Program-made: the position numbers and the translations under genes | Part shown: in pieces, positions 9,021 to 17,541 of the stretch | Position numbering within the stretch: position 1 is the stretch's first letter | How the letters are laid out: every line of letters starts with the position of its first letter | Assembly: GCA_009773185.1 (NCBI GenBank) | Contig: WPIF01000017.1 | Span: 1 to 60,745 of the forward strand | DNA length: 60,745 nucleotides | Direction: 5' to 3' | Origin: Nitrospirota bacterium | GTDB taxonomy: Bacteria > Nitrospirota > Thermodesulfovibrionia > Thermodesulfovibrionales > UBA1546 | Notes under the pieces: generated by a model | What the model was told of the DNA's origin: nothing | What the model saw: the letters and a program-made list of their open reading frames with translations, nothing else | The model's database searches: none

Positions 9021-9523
9021 TAAGGATATTAAAGCAGATATTCCGGACAGGCATTGTAACAGAGCCTCTGCCAACTGAAATTATTTCTGAGGTGGAAGAG
9101 GTTGGCGCCAAATTAGAAGAGGCTGTCAGAAAGCGTTTTCGCGGGAGCCTGACCATAAGGCAGGTTGATGCAGGCTCGTGCAACGGCTGTGAGCTTGAAA
9201 TACATGCGATAAACAACCCGATTTATAACTGCGAAAGATTCGGTGTCCATTTTACTGCATCTCCAAGATTTGCCGATATGCTGCTGGTTACAGGGCCTGT
9301 GACACATAATATGGAGATTGCGCTTCGCAGGACTTATAATGCCACGCCTCCCCCGAAGATTGTGGTTGCAGTTGGTGACTGCGGATGCAATGGCGGGATA
9401 TTTGGAGAGAGCTATGCATCTTTGGGAGGTATAGATAAGGTCATACCGGTTAACGCTGTTATTCACGGATGCCCGCCGACTCCTGTGGCCTTGCTTCAGG
9501 GGATATTAAAAGCCATTGAATAA
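9017..9523 (+). CDS. HycG/HyfI/NuoB-like small subunit with 4-Cys [4Fe-4S] site retained
   Basis: 168 aa. Contains 'GSCNGCELE', 'GDCGCNGG' and 'HGCPPTP', the four Cys of an N2-type cluster. ATGA overlap with the large subunit. Confidence 0.8.
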   Translation: MIRILKQIFRTGIVTEPLPTEIISEVEEVGAKLEEAVRKRFRGSLTIRQVDAGSCNGCELEIHAINNPIYNCERFGVHFTASPRFADMLLVTGPVTHNMEIALRRTYNATPPPKIVVAVGDCGCNGGIFGESYASLGGIDKVIPVNAVIHGCPPTPVALLQGILKAIE

Positions 9524-10706
9524 TAAAAGCAGCATTGAAATGCAGAAGGTTCATCTAAAGAGGACAAAGAGGATTCTTGACGGGCATTTGTGGGTGTTCT
9601 CGAATGAGCTGTATGAAAACCCAAAGAAATATGACCCCGGTTCTATAATCGAGATTTATGATATGAAAGATGTGTTTCTTGGCATCGGTTACATCAACCC
9701 CCACAGCCTTATCTCAATAAGAATCCTGTCCAGAGAAAAAGAGAGTATTGACAGGGAATTTTTCAGAAAAAGAATAAATGCAGCATTGAGCCTGAGAGAA
9801 CGGTTTATCGGAACAAGGGATGCCATGCGCCTGATTTTCAGCGAAGGAGATTATCTTCCAGGCCTTATTGTGGATAAATACAAAGACTGTCTTGTCTTGC
9901 AGATTCTTACTTTGGGGATGGAGGCTTTGAAGGGCACAGTAATCAGCCTGCTTGATGAGATGCTCAGTCCGGAAATAATAATATTAAAAAACGACAGCCG
10001 TATGCGCTCCCTCGAAGGAATCCCGCTCTACAAAGAAATTATAAAAGGCAGCCTTCAGTCTCCTCCTGTTATAAATGAGGATGGGGCGCGCTTTGAGATA
10101 GACCCTTATGAAGGGCAGAAGACAGGGTTCTTTCTTGACCAGAGAGGAAACAGGACAGCGCTGAGGGATTTCATAAAGGGCGGTAAAGGGCTTGACCTTT
10201 TCTGCTATACAGGTGCATGGTCCTTAAGGCTTGCTTCATTAGTTGATGAGGTTACAGGGGTTGATGAATCGGAAAGGGCCATAACACAGGCTCAGAAAAA
10301 TGCAGAGTTAAACAGCTTTCATAATAGAGTTAGATTTATAAAATCTGATGTTTTTTCTTTTCTCAAAGATGAAATTGGAAAAGGCGAGAAGAGGTATGAT
10401 TTTATTGTGCTTGACCCGCCTGCTTTTGTAAAAAGCTCAAGCAAAATTAAAGAGGCAGTAAAGGCATACCGGCAGCTTAATGAAATGAGCATGAGGCTGA
10501 TAAAATCAGGCGGCATACTTGCAACCTCGTCATGTTCCTATCACATGGGCAGGGAGATGTTTCTTGATATGCTTCATTCCGCAGGGCGAGGGGCAGGGCG
10601 TAATCTGAGGCTTCTCAGTCTGCGTTCACAGAACCATGACCACCCGGTGCTTCTTTCAATGCCGGAGACTGAATATCTGAAGTGTGCGTTTTTGGTTGTG
10701 GATTGA
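9516..10706 (+). CDS. class I SAM-dependent rRNA methyltransferase (RlmI/RlmK-like, PUA + MTase)
   Basis: 396 aa. 'GLDLFCYTGAWSL' is a SAM-binding motif and 'DFIVLDPPAF' is motif IV. N-terminal PUA-like region. Confidence 0.7.
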   Translation: MNNKSSIEMQKVHLKRTKRILDGHLWVFSNELYENPKKYDPGSIIEIYDMKDVFLGIGYINPHSLISIRILSREKESIDREFFRKRINAALSLRERFIGTRDAMRLIFSEGDYLPGLIVDKYKDCLVLQILTLGMEALKGTVISLLDEMLSPEIIILKNDSRMRSLEGIPLYKEIIKGSLQSPPVINEDGARFEIDPYEGQKTGFFLDQRGNRTALRDFIKGGKGLDLFCYTGAWSLRLASLVDEVTGVDESERAITQAQKNAELNSFHNRVRFIKSDVFSFLKDEIGKGEKRYDFIVLDPPAFVKSSSKIKEAVKAYRQLNEMSMRLIKSGGILATSSCSYHMGREMFLDMLHSAGRGAGRNLRLLSLRSQNHDHPVLLSMPETEYLKCAFLVVD

Positions 10707-10718
10707 GAAAGTGCTATA

Positions 10719-10754
10719 TTGACTTTATCACTTAAATGATATAATAATGATATA
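10719..10754 (+). promoter_or_regulatory. candidate promoter with extended -10 plus AATGATATA direct repeats (possible Phd/ParE autoregulatory operator)
   Basis: TTGACT at 10719-24, a 15-nt spacer, then TGaTATAAT at 10737-45. AATGATATA occurs twice (10735-43, 10746-54), upstream of the phd-like gene. Confidence 0.35.
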
Positions 10755-10771
10755 GCAAAGAGGGGGGTACA

Positions 10772-11044
10772 ATGCCGGTTATAAAGCCAATATCTGATTT
10801 AAGAAACAAGGCAAACGAAATCTCAGAACTCGCACACAAATCTAGCGAGCCTATTTTTATCACCAAAAACGGCGAAGGTGATATGGTTGTCATGTCAATA
10901 GCTCAATACAGCAAGCTTCAGTTAAGAATTGACCTCTTCAGCAAGCTTGCAGTTGCTCAGGCCCAAAAGGCATCCGGTGATAAGGGGCGGACTCTAAGTC
11001 AGGTGATGAAAGACCTGAGGAAGAGACTTCGTGAAACAACATAG
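10772..11044 (+). CDS. Phd/YefM-family antitoxin
   Basis: 90 aa. 'ISDLRNKANEISELAHKSSEPIFITKNGEGDMVVMS' matches the Phd/YefM fold signature. Confidence 0.7.
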   Translation: MPVIKPISDLRNKANEISELAHKSSEPIFITKNGEGDMVVMSIAQYSKLQLRIDLFSKLAVAQAQKASGDKGRTLSQVMKDLRKRLRETT

Positions 11045-11339
11045 ATACGCTGTTCGGCTGTTAGAAATTGCAGAAGACGACCTTAACGAAATTGTGACCT
11101 ATATCGCCGCAGAAAATTTTACTGCCGCAGAAGCTCTTGCCGCAAAGATTGAAAAGAACCTGTCACATCTTTCTGTTCATCCCTTTATCGGGCGTGTCCC
11201 TGAGGAAGAGGAACTTACCAGATTAGGGTACCGCTACCTGATTGTCCAGGATTATCTTATCTTTTATACGATTGAAGGACAGACAATTCTTATTCACAGA
11301 ATTATCCATGGAGCAAGAGACTATTTGAGATTGCTTTAA
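11031..11339 (+). CDS. ParE/RelE-family toxin
   Basis: 102 aa. 'LIFYTIEGQTILIHRIIHGARDY' is a typical ParE/RelE C-terminus. It overlaps the antitoxin gene by 14 nt. Confidence 0.7.
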   Translation: MKQHRYAVRLLEIAEDDLNEIVTYIAAENFTAAEALAAKIEKNLSHLSVHPFIGRVPEEEELTRLGYRYLIVQDYLIFYTIEGQTILIHRIIHGARDYLRLL

Positions 11340-11379
11340 AACATCAAAGTGGAAGACCTGACTTGGAATACTCTTTCAA

Positions 11380-12021
11380 TTATCGTTGAATATGAGGCCT
11401 TAATTTTTTCTCGAATTCAGCAATTGCTGCATTAATTCGTGGCGTAAACTTATCATGTTCTGAATCGTTGCCCAAGTAATTAAGAACTGATGTTTCTTTT
11501 TGCCTTTCTTCTTCAGTTATTCGCGAAAACTCTTCCGGATGTTTTTTCCTCTCAAGCTTCATCTGTAGTGTTACCATCAGTTCTGCACGACACTCCCTTA
11601 GAGGTCGAATTACATTTTCAAATTCTGGCCCCCACTCAACTTGAGCTTCCAGCGTCTTTTCTTCAAGATCGTTGAATGCTTCACTCAAGATTTTCCATCT
11701 CTGCTCATAAACATGCGCCGTCCCCTCGTATTCAGTTCCCCTTTTTAAGTGACCCCAGTGATCACGCATTTCTTCAGGATATTCATAAGACCAAATTGCT
11801 GGATTCCTAACATGTTTGAACCCTTCTCTAACTTTATATACAGCCTTTAAGACGTCTTTTGCTTTTTCATATTCAGATTTACCTTTTAGCTCTTTACGCC
11901 ATGTGCTTAACCCCAAATAGGCAAATATCGCTGCCGATAGAGCTGCGAGTGCAACAATGATTTCTTTTATAATGCCCACGTAATCCTTCACAGCAGGCCA
12001 ATTTATCACATTGTTATCCAT
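11380..12021 (-). CDS. hypothetical membrane-anchored protein
   Basis: 213 aa with a single N-terminal TM (IIVALAALSAAIFAYLGL) and a charged, helical remainder. No recognisable domain. Shares an upstream motif with the flotillin gene. Confidence 0.4.
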   Translation of the reverse strand: MDNNVINWPAVKDYVGIIKEIIVALAALSAAIFAYLGLSTWRKELKGKSEYEKAKDVLKAVYKVREGFKHVRNPAIWSYEYPEEMRDHWGHLKRGTEYEGTAHVYEQRWKILSEAFNDLEEKTLEAQVEWGPEFENVIRPLRECRAELMVTLQMKLERKKHPEEFSRITEEERQKETSVLNYLGNDSEHDKFTPRINAAIAEFEKKLRPHIQR

Positions 12022-12148
12022 CGCATTATAAATCTTCCTTTATTCTGTCTATATGTAAGTTTACTGGATTCATGCGACAATATAGTACAAAAAGGCGTAT
12101 CTCCTTGCCAGATAAGTTCAGCCACTCACGCGGCATTGTTTATCTATA

Positions 12149-14173
12149 CTATGCCTTTTTTTCTTCCTTGATGCCCAATATTCCCCCTTTGTTCGAAAGA
12201 AACTTCATCAGTGTCGCCGCAAGGCCGTCCATGGAACCATTTCCGCCTGCAACAAGGATCTCTGGCATGATCTTTTTGTCGCCCTTCATGACCGCATCTA
12301 TTGCGTTCACGAGTGTTGTCCCTTGCTCGCCGACGGCTTTCCTGAGCTCTTCAGCAGCCTTGGCGCGGGCTAAACCAACCGCCTCTATCTCTGCGCCTTT
12401 TGCTTTGCCGGTTTCAGTCACATAGGATGAGTCGCCACGGCCCTCCGCCTCTCTCTTGTACTGGTAGGCCTCGGCTTGGATCTTGACCTGCTGGGCCTCA
12501 TTCCTTTTGATGTCTACGTTGACAGATGATTTTGCAAGCTCGGCCTGCATGTCTGCAGTGCCTTTTGCCTTTTCAGTAGAAATTCTCTGCTGCTGGGCCT
12601 CTTCCTTTTTCTTGTAGGTCTGTATCTCCTGATTTGCAATTTCTCTTTGGGTAAGAACCTGCACAAGCTCTTCAGGGAGGACGACATCCTGAATGTATAC
12701 GCCCCTTGTCTCAACATTATAATCCTTAAGTTTAGCTTCGATATATTCGGTAGCTGCGGACTGTATCTCGTCTCTCTTTTCAATGAAGGAAATTGCAGGC
12801 ATCGACTGAAGCTTATTCCGGAAGTGGTTACCGACAGCCGCCTGCAGAACCTCGTTGACAAGGTTTCTTACTGAACCTACCATTGAGATGACCTTGGATG
12901 CCTGAGTATCAGGAATATGTATTTGTACCTGCAGATCGATTTTGAAAACAAAACCTTCCCGCGATTTTGCGACAATCTGCTTAAGATTTTGATCAAGGTT
13001 ATGCGCTTGTGACGATGCTTCTGCCCAGTTCAGATTCAGGATTGCAGTGGGAACGATTTCAGCCTTGTAGCAATGAGAATTAAGTGGATACTTCCCTGTT
13101 CTGAGGGCCTCTCTCCATATACCCCTGTGTCCGGGTCTTACGATCGAGCCAAATTTGAATTCTTCTCCTGAGGTATCCTGCGATGGCAAGCCGACATATG
13201 ATTTAATGACCGCAACCTGTCCCTGCTCGATGACGAGCATTGGCGCGATCTCGACATTTACAAGAAACGGATTCAGATTGTACATACCGTAGAGCAAAGG
13301 ATCATGCTGAAGCCCGATTCTTCCGCCATTGTCGATAAAGGCCTGAAAGTCCTGATAGTTATTATGGACAGTGTTCTTGTTCGCAAGAATCGTTTCCATA
13401 AGTAATAGGTCGGAAGTCGCTTGAGCGCTTTCAAGTCTCGAAATGTCTTCAAAGCCGCCCAGTCTGCTTGCAATGTCACCTGCGGATAGCGGGTCGCCGT
13501 CGTTCACAGTTACAATGCCAACTACATCGATTGATTTGTTATCCTCATCAAGTCTCGGCTCTATGAGGACAACCTTGAGCTGTTCAGCTTTGAGCCCAAA
13601 GGCGTCCGGCGTGAGTTCATTACCCCTCTTGCCCCCCAGTTCCCTTATCTCGGGAGCTACAGGTATGCCGTAGACCTGTGCTTTAGTGATAACGAGAAAC
13701 CCGACGGGATGAATCGGCAGCAGTGAACCCGGAGGGAGAACAGGCCTCTGTACACCCTTCTGCCCGCCTTTTTCGATGAACTCCTTTACGCGCGAGAAAT
13801 TCGCAAACTCTTTTTTGTATACGGCCGATTTGGCGCCTATAGGCAGGGGATGGCCCACCTGAGCAATTACAATGCCGATTTCACCTGCGGGGACCTGCAC
13901 CCACGGATGTTTTTCAATGAGGTAAAGAGGCCATAGCTTGAACCTCAGCCCCGGCATCAGAAGTTCCTCCTGGTAGCCGGCTTCGCCATTAAAAGCGATC
14001 GGGTTATCATCAGACAGCTTCGAGATAGAAAAGCGCTTATTCACCAGACCGATTTCCGTAGGTCCGATGCTCTTAAAAGACTTATAGACCATTAAAGTTA
14101 CCGTTCCTATGAATCCCAGAACGACCAGAGTGAGTACCGGATGGTGAATTAAAAGAAAATTAAGTATGTCCAT
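12149..14173 (-). CDS. flotillin-like SPFH/band-7 protein (YqiK/FloT family)
   Basis: 674 aa. N-terminal TM, an SPFH core, and a C-terminal EA/Q-rich coiled coil ('EAQQQRISTEKAKG...AEAYQYKREAEGRG'). Confidence 0.75.
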   Translation of the reverse strand: MDILNFLLIHHPVLTLVVLGFIGTVTLMVYKSFKSIGPTEIGLVNKRFSISKLSDDNPIAFNGEAGYQEELLMPGLRFKLWPLYLIEKHPWVQVPAGEIGIVIAQVGHPLPIGAKSAVYKKEFANFSRVKEFIEKGGQKGVQRPVLPPGSLLPIHPVGFLVITKAQVYGIPVAPEIRELGGKRGNELTPDAFGLKAEQLKVVLIEPRLDEDNKSIDVVGIVTVNDGDPLSAGDIASRLGGFEDISRLESAQATSDLLLMETILANKNTVHNNYQDFQAFIDNGGRIGLQHDPLLYGMYNLNPFLVNVEIAPMLVIEQGQVAVIKSYVGLPSQDTSGEEFKFGSIVRPGHRGIWREALRTGKYPLNSHCYKAEIVPTAILNLNWAEASSQAHNLDQNLKQIVAKSREGFVFKIDLQVQIHIPDTQASKVISMVGSVRNLVNEVLQAAVGNHFRNKLQSMPAISFIEKRDEIQSAATEYIEAKLKDYNVETRGVYIQDVVLPEELVQVLTQREIANQEIQTYKKKEEAQQQRISTEKAKGTADMQAELAKSSVNVDIKRNEAQQVKIQAEAYQYKREAEGRGDSSYVTETGKAKGAEIEAVGLARAKAAEELRKAVGEQGTTLVNAIDAVMKGDKKIMPEILVAGGNGSMDGLAATLMKFLSNKGGILGIKEEKKA

Positions 14174-14298
14174 ACAACCCCCTTTTTATTTTTTAAGGCC
14201 TAACAATGATTATACAAAGTTTCCTTTTCCTAGATACATGCGACAATATAGCACAAAAAAGAAGCATTAAGGAAGCCGGGGAATGACAGAATGTAAAG

Positions 14299-14970
14299 CT
14301 ATCCTTTTATAACAACTTTCTTTACAGATTTTATTGCGGAAATTTCATCGAGGATTGTCTTCATCGGCACATCGTGTTTCAGGGAAATCGTGATAGTGTA
14401 TGTAATCTCAGCCTTTTGGATGTCTTTTTCATAGTCTGTACTCACTATACGCGCATCGCGAGATTTAAACACTGATTCAATCTTCTCTTCTTCTATTCCT
14501 CCGTCTGCAGTGATAGTCAAAAATTTAAATACTATCCTCGACATCTGTCTTTCAACAACTCTTAGTACGAGAAGAGAAAAAAGAGTTATGGCGCATGCTG
14601 CAGTTGCTGCAATATAGAACCCTCCGCCTACTGCAAGCCCGATTGCGGCGACCATCCATAGACAGGCTGCTGTTGTGAGGCCCTGTATCGTAATACCCAT
14701 CCTTAAGATAACGCCTGCCCCTAAAAATCCCACGCCTGTGATAGCTCCGGCAGCAATACGTCCGGGGTCAACGCGGATGTAGGCAGGATTCATATAGCTC
14801 AGGTGGTGGTAATATTCAGAGACTATCATAATGAGCACAGAGGCAACGCTTACCAGTAGCTGTGTTCTGAAGCCGGCAGGCCGTCCATGGACCTGTCTTT
14901 CAAAGCCGATAATGCCGCCTAATATCGCTCCAAGGACAAGGCGAAAGATTATCTCTGTCTCTGAAATCAT
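14299..14970 (-). CDS. MgtC/SapB-family membrane protein
   Basis: 223 aa. 'RLVLGAILGGIIGFERQVHGRPAGFRTQLLV' is the MgtC N-terminal signature. Confidence 0.8.
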   Translation of the reverse strand: MISETEIIFRLVLGAILGGIIGFERQVHGRPAGFRTQLLVSVASVLIMIVSEYYHHLSYMNPAYIRVDPGRIAAGAITGVGFLGAGVILRMGITIQGLTTAACLWMVAAIGLAVGGGFYIAATAACAITLFSLLVLRVVERQMSRIVFKFLTITADGGIEEEKIESVFKSRDARIVSTDYEKDIQKAEITYTITISLKHDVPMKTILDEISAIKSVKKVVIKG

Positions 14971-15017
14971 GACTAATTATATCAGTTTTAAAGTGGTTTA
15001 TGTTTTAATAAATAAAT

Positions 15018-15575
15018 ATGGATATATTTACAATCTTATTTATAGCAGTCGGTTTATCAATGGACGCCTTTGCCGTATCTGTCACGAGCGGGTTTACCAT
15101 CAAACGCCTCCACATCAATAATGCCCTTAAGATTGCAGTATCTTTCGGGATGTTTCAGGCAATAATGCCTGTACTGGGATGGGCAGCAGGGCTCGGTTTC
15201 AGGGGCTTTATTTCAGGAGTTGACCACTGGATAGCATTCGGGCTTTTGAGCATCATAGGCGTTAAGATGATATTTGAGTCAAGGGCAATGGATTCAGCTA
15301 AAGAACCAACAGATCCTTTGAATATCTATACCCTGCTGATTCTGTCTGTTGCAACGAGCATTGATGCGTTGGCAGTCGGGCTCAGCCTTTCACTGTTAAG
15401 CGTCTCTATTATAAGCCCTTCAGTAATAATCGGTATTACAACTTTTCTTTTTTCCTTTGCGGGTGTTTACATCGGCAAAAGGGCAGGGCATTTTTTTGAA
15501 AAGAAGATTGAAATAGCAGGCGGTTTAATTTTGATTGGTATAGGAGTAAAAATACTTATTGAGCACCTGCGGTAA
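15018..15575 (+). CDS. mntP: manganese efflux pump MntP family
   Basis: 185 aa. 'LSMDAFAVSVTSG' is the DUF204/MntP repeat signature, duplicated internally ('SIDALAVGLSL'). Confidence 0.75.
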   Translation: MDIFTILFIAVGLSMDAFAVSVTSGFTIKRLHINNALKIAVSFGMFQAIMPVLGWAAGLGFRGFISGVDHWIAFGLLSIIGVKMIFESRAMDSAKEPTDPLNIYTLLILSVATSIDALAVGLSLSLLSVSIISPSVIIGITTFLFSFAGVYIGKRAGHFFEKKIEIAGGLILIGIGVKILIEHLR

Positions 15576-15655
15576 TTAACCTCTTTTCCAATACATCAAA
15601 TTAAATAATAATTTGGATGAGTTTTTTGAGTAAAACTTTTATTTTCCCTTGCCCA

Positions 15656-15683
15656 TTGACCTTATCCTGGCATGTGATATAAT
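15656..15683 (+). promoter_or_regulatory. sigma70 promoter with extended -10 (TTGACC-16 nt-TGaTATAAT)
   Basis: TTGACC at 15656-61 and TATAAT at 15678-83 with TG at -15/-14. The AAGGAGG RBS and ATG at 15701 follow. Confidence 0.5.
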
Positions 15684-15700
15684 GGACTTAAGGAGGAATA

Positions 15701-16093
15701 ATGAACGAGATATGGTTTGCACTTATGGCAATTGCCTTTCTGGTTGTAGTTGGTTTTTTTATCTATGTATTGCTCGAATTAAGAAAATCTGCAAAGGCGC
15801 TTACTGAGTTCCTGAAGACCACTGAAGAATCGCTGAAGCCGACTATGGAAGAACTTCAACTTACTCTCAGAAGCCTTAGAAAAGTAACAGATGACGTAAA
15901 TGAGATAACAGGAGATATAAGAACAATCTCCGGCAGCACAAGGGATATTGGCCAGAATCTCAAAAAAGTAAGCGAACTCATAAACGAGGTGAGTTCAGAA
16001 ACCATAATAAAAGTTTCGGGCTTGAGGGTTGGCATAAGGACAGCCCTTGAGGTTTTGTTAAAGAATGTTTTTTTAAAAGGAGGCAATCAATGA
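15701..16093 (+). CDS. DUF948-family membrane protein
   Basis: 130 aa with an N-terminal TM, then a coiled-coil. The architecture and size match DUF948. Confidence 0.55.
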   Translation: MNEIWFALMAIAFLVVVGFFIYVLLELRKSAKALTEFLKTTEESLKPTMEELQLTLRSLRKVTDDVNEITGDIRTISGSTRDIGQNLKKVSELINEVSSETIIKVSGLRVGIRTALEVLLKNVFLKGGNQ

Positions 16094-16368
16094 GAGACGA
16101 CAATGGATATGGCGCAGGTTCTGTACTTCTTTCTTTTCTCCTTGGAGGAGCTGTGGGCGCAGGGCTTGCTTTGCTTTTGGCCCCGCAGTCGGGACCTGAG
16201 ACAAGGCGGAAGATAAAAGATTTTGCAGAGGATATGAAAGACAGGGTTGGCTCAACTGTCGAGAAGGGCAAGGACCTTTTTGAACAGAAAAAATCGGTAA
16301 TAGCCAGTGCTATTGATGCCGGCAAGGAGGCATACGAAAAGGAAAGAGAGAGGCTGTCCAAGAGCTGA
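16090..16368 (+). CDS. YtxH-domain protein
   Basis: 92 aa. 'LLGGAVGAGLALLLAPQSGPETRRKI' is the YtxH signature. 4-nt overlap with the DUF948 gene. Confidence 0.6.
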   Translation: MRDDNGYGAGSVLLSFLLGGAVGAGLALLLAPQSGPETRRKIKDFAEDMKDRVGSTVEKGKDLFEQKKSVIASAIDAGKEAYEKERERLSKS

Positions 16369-16377
16369 ACATGAATA

Positions 16378-16722
16378 ATGCATGAGGCTTCAATTGCTCA
16401 AAGCGTGCTTGACATTGCCGGTGAGAACTGCAAAAAAGCAGGCTATAGCAGAATAGATTCGATACGGCTGAGAATAGGGAGGGCATCGGGTGTTATGACC
16501 GATGCCCTCCTTTTTGCCTTTGATGCACTTAAGGCAGATACTATTGCAGCAGGTGCAACCGTTATAATAGATGAGATTCCGGTAGGCGGTTTATGCAACA
16601 GCTGCGGCAAGGATTTTCTTACAGACGAGGCATATATCTTATGCTGTCCGGAATGCGGCGGGTTATCGTTTAAGGTGAATACAGGGCGTGAACTTGAAAT
16701 TCTGGATATGGAGGTGTCTTGA
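16378..16722 (+). CDS. hypA: hydrogenase nickel-insertion protein HypA
   Basis: 114 aa. N-terminal MHE, and a Zn site C-x2-C...C-x2-C ('CNSCGKDF...CCPECGG'). Confidence 0.85.
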   Translation: MHEASIAQSVLDIAGENCKKAGYSRIDSIRLRIGRASGVMTDALLFAFDALKADTIAAGATVIIDEIPVGGLCNSCGKDFLTDEAYILCCPECGGLSFKVNTGRELEILDMEVS

Positions 16723-16736
16723 TGAACAATTATGAT

Positions 16737-16858
16737 GCAGGATATAGCATCCTCGCTCATTCTCGGTCTTCGACCTCCGAGGTTTTGCCCGCTTTTATTA
16801 TTAGAAATTTTACTGTATGAATTGCAGGCAAAAAAACCGCTCAAATGCCATATCCTGC
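16737..16858. repeat. MITE-like repeat element copy (GCAGGATAT...ATATCCTGC termini)
   Basis: Shares 'CGCTCATTCTCGG..TCCGAGGTTTTGCC...GGCAAAAAAACCGCTCAAA' with copies at 27021, 31996, 33340 and 48511. Has terminal inverted repeats. Confidence 0.5.
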
Positions 16859-16896
16859 ATTTCATTTATAACTATAGTGATAGGGAGGGTTAATTT

Positions 16897-17541
16897 ATGA
16901 AAGTCAAGGTTGTAACCCGTATACTTGAAGCCAATGAAAGGATTGCAGCGGATAATCGCAGGATATTTGATGATTCAGGGGTATATGTTATAAATCTCAT
17001 GAGCGCACCCGGCGCAGGGAAGACATCTCTGCTTGAAAGAACCATAAAAGAGCTGAATAAAAAGTTAAAAGTGGCAGTTATTGAAGGAGATATTGCAGGC
17101 ACTCAGGATGCAGAAAGAATTGGAAACCTCGGGGTCCCGGTTATTCAAATAAATACAGGGGGCGCTTGCCATCTTGATGCAAATATGATTAATGAAGTCC
17201 TGGGAGAGCTTCCCCTGAAGGAGATTGAGCTTCTTTTTATTGAGAACGTAGGGAACCTTGTCTGCCCTGCTGAGTTTAATGTTGGCGAGGATATGAAGGT
17301 TATGCTTTTGAGCATAACAGAGGGAGATGACAAACCACTGAAATATCCGTTGATGTTTCAGGAATCATCAGCCTTAATCCTGAACAAGATTGACCTTTTG
17401 CAGCATACGAATGTAAGTATAGACAAGATAAAAAAGGATGCAATGTCTTTAAGCCCTTCAATAAAAATATTTGAGGTTTCATGCAGGACAGGCGAGGGGA
17501 TATCGGAGTGGACTGATTGGCTGGTAAAGAAGGTGAAATGA
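16897..17541 (+). CDS. hypB: hydrogenase maturation GTPase HypB
   Basis: 214 aa. P-loop 'GAPGAGKTSLL'. CobW/HypB family. Confidence 0.85.
   Translation: MKVKVVTRILEANERIAADNRRIFDDSGVYVINLMSAPGAGKTSLLERTIKELNKKLKVAVIEGDIAGTQDAERIGNLGVPVIQINTGGACHLDANMINEVLGELPLKEIELLFIENVGNLVCPAEFNVGEDMKVMLLSITEGDDKPLKYPLMFQESSALILNKIDLLQHTNVSIDKIKKDAMSLSPSIKIFEVSCRTGEGISEWTDWLVKKVK

Noticed and set aside
14971-15017. Possible yybP-ykoY Mn riboswitch upstream of mntP
   Set aside because: The intergenic gap is only 47 nt, too short for the ~100-nt riboswitch, and no conserved riboswitch core was recognisable.
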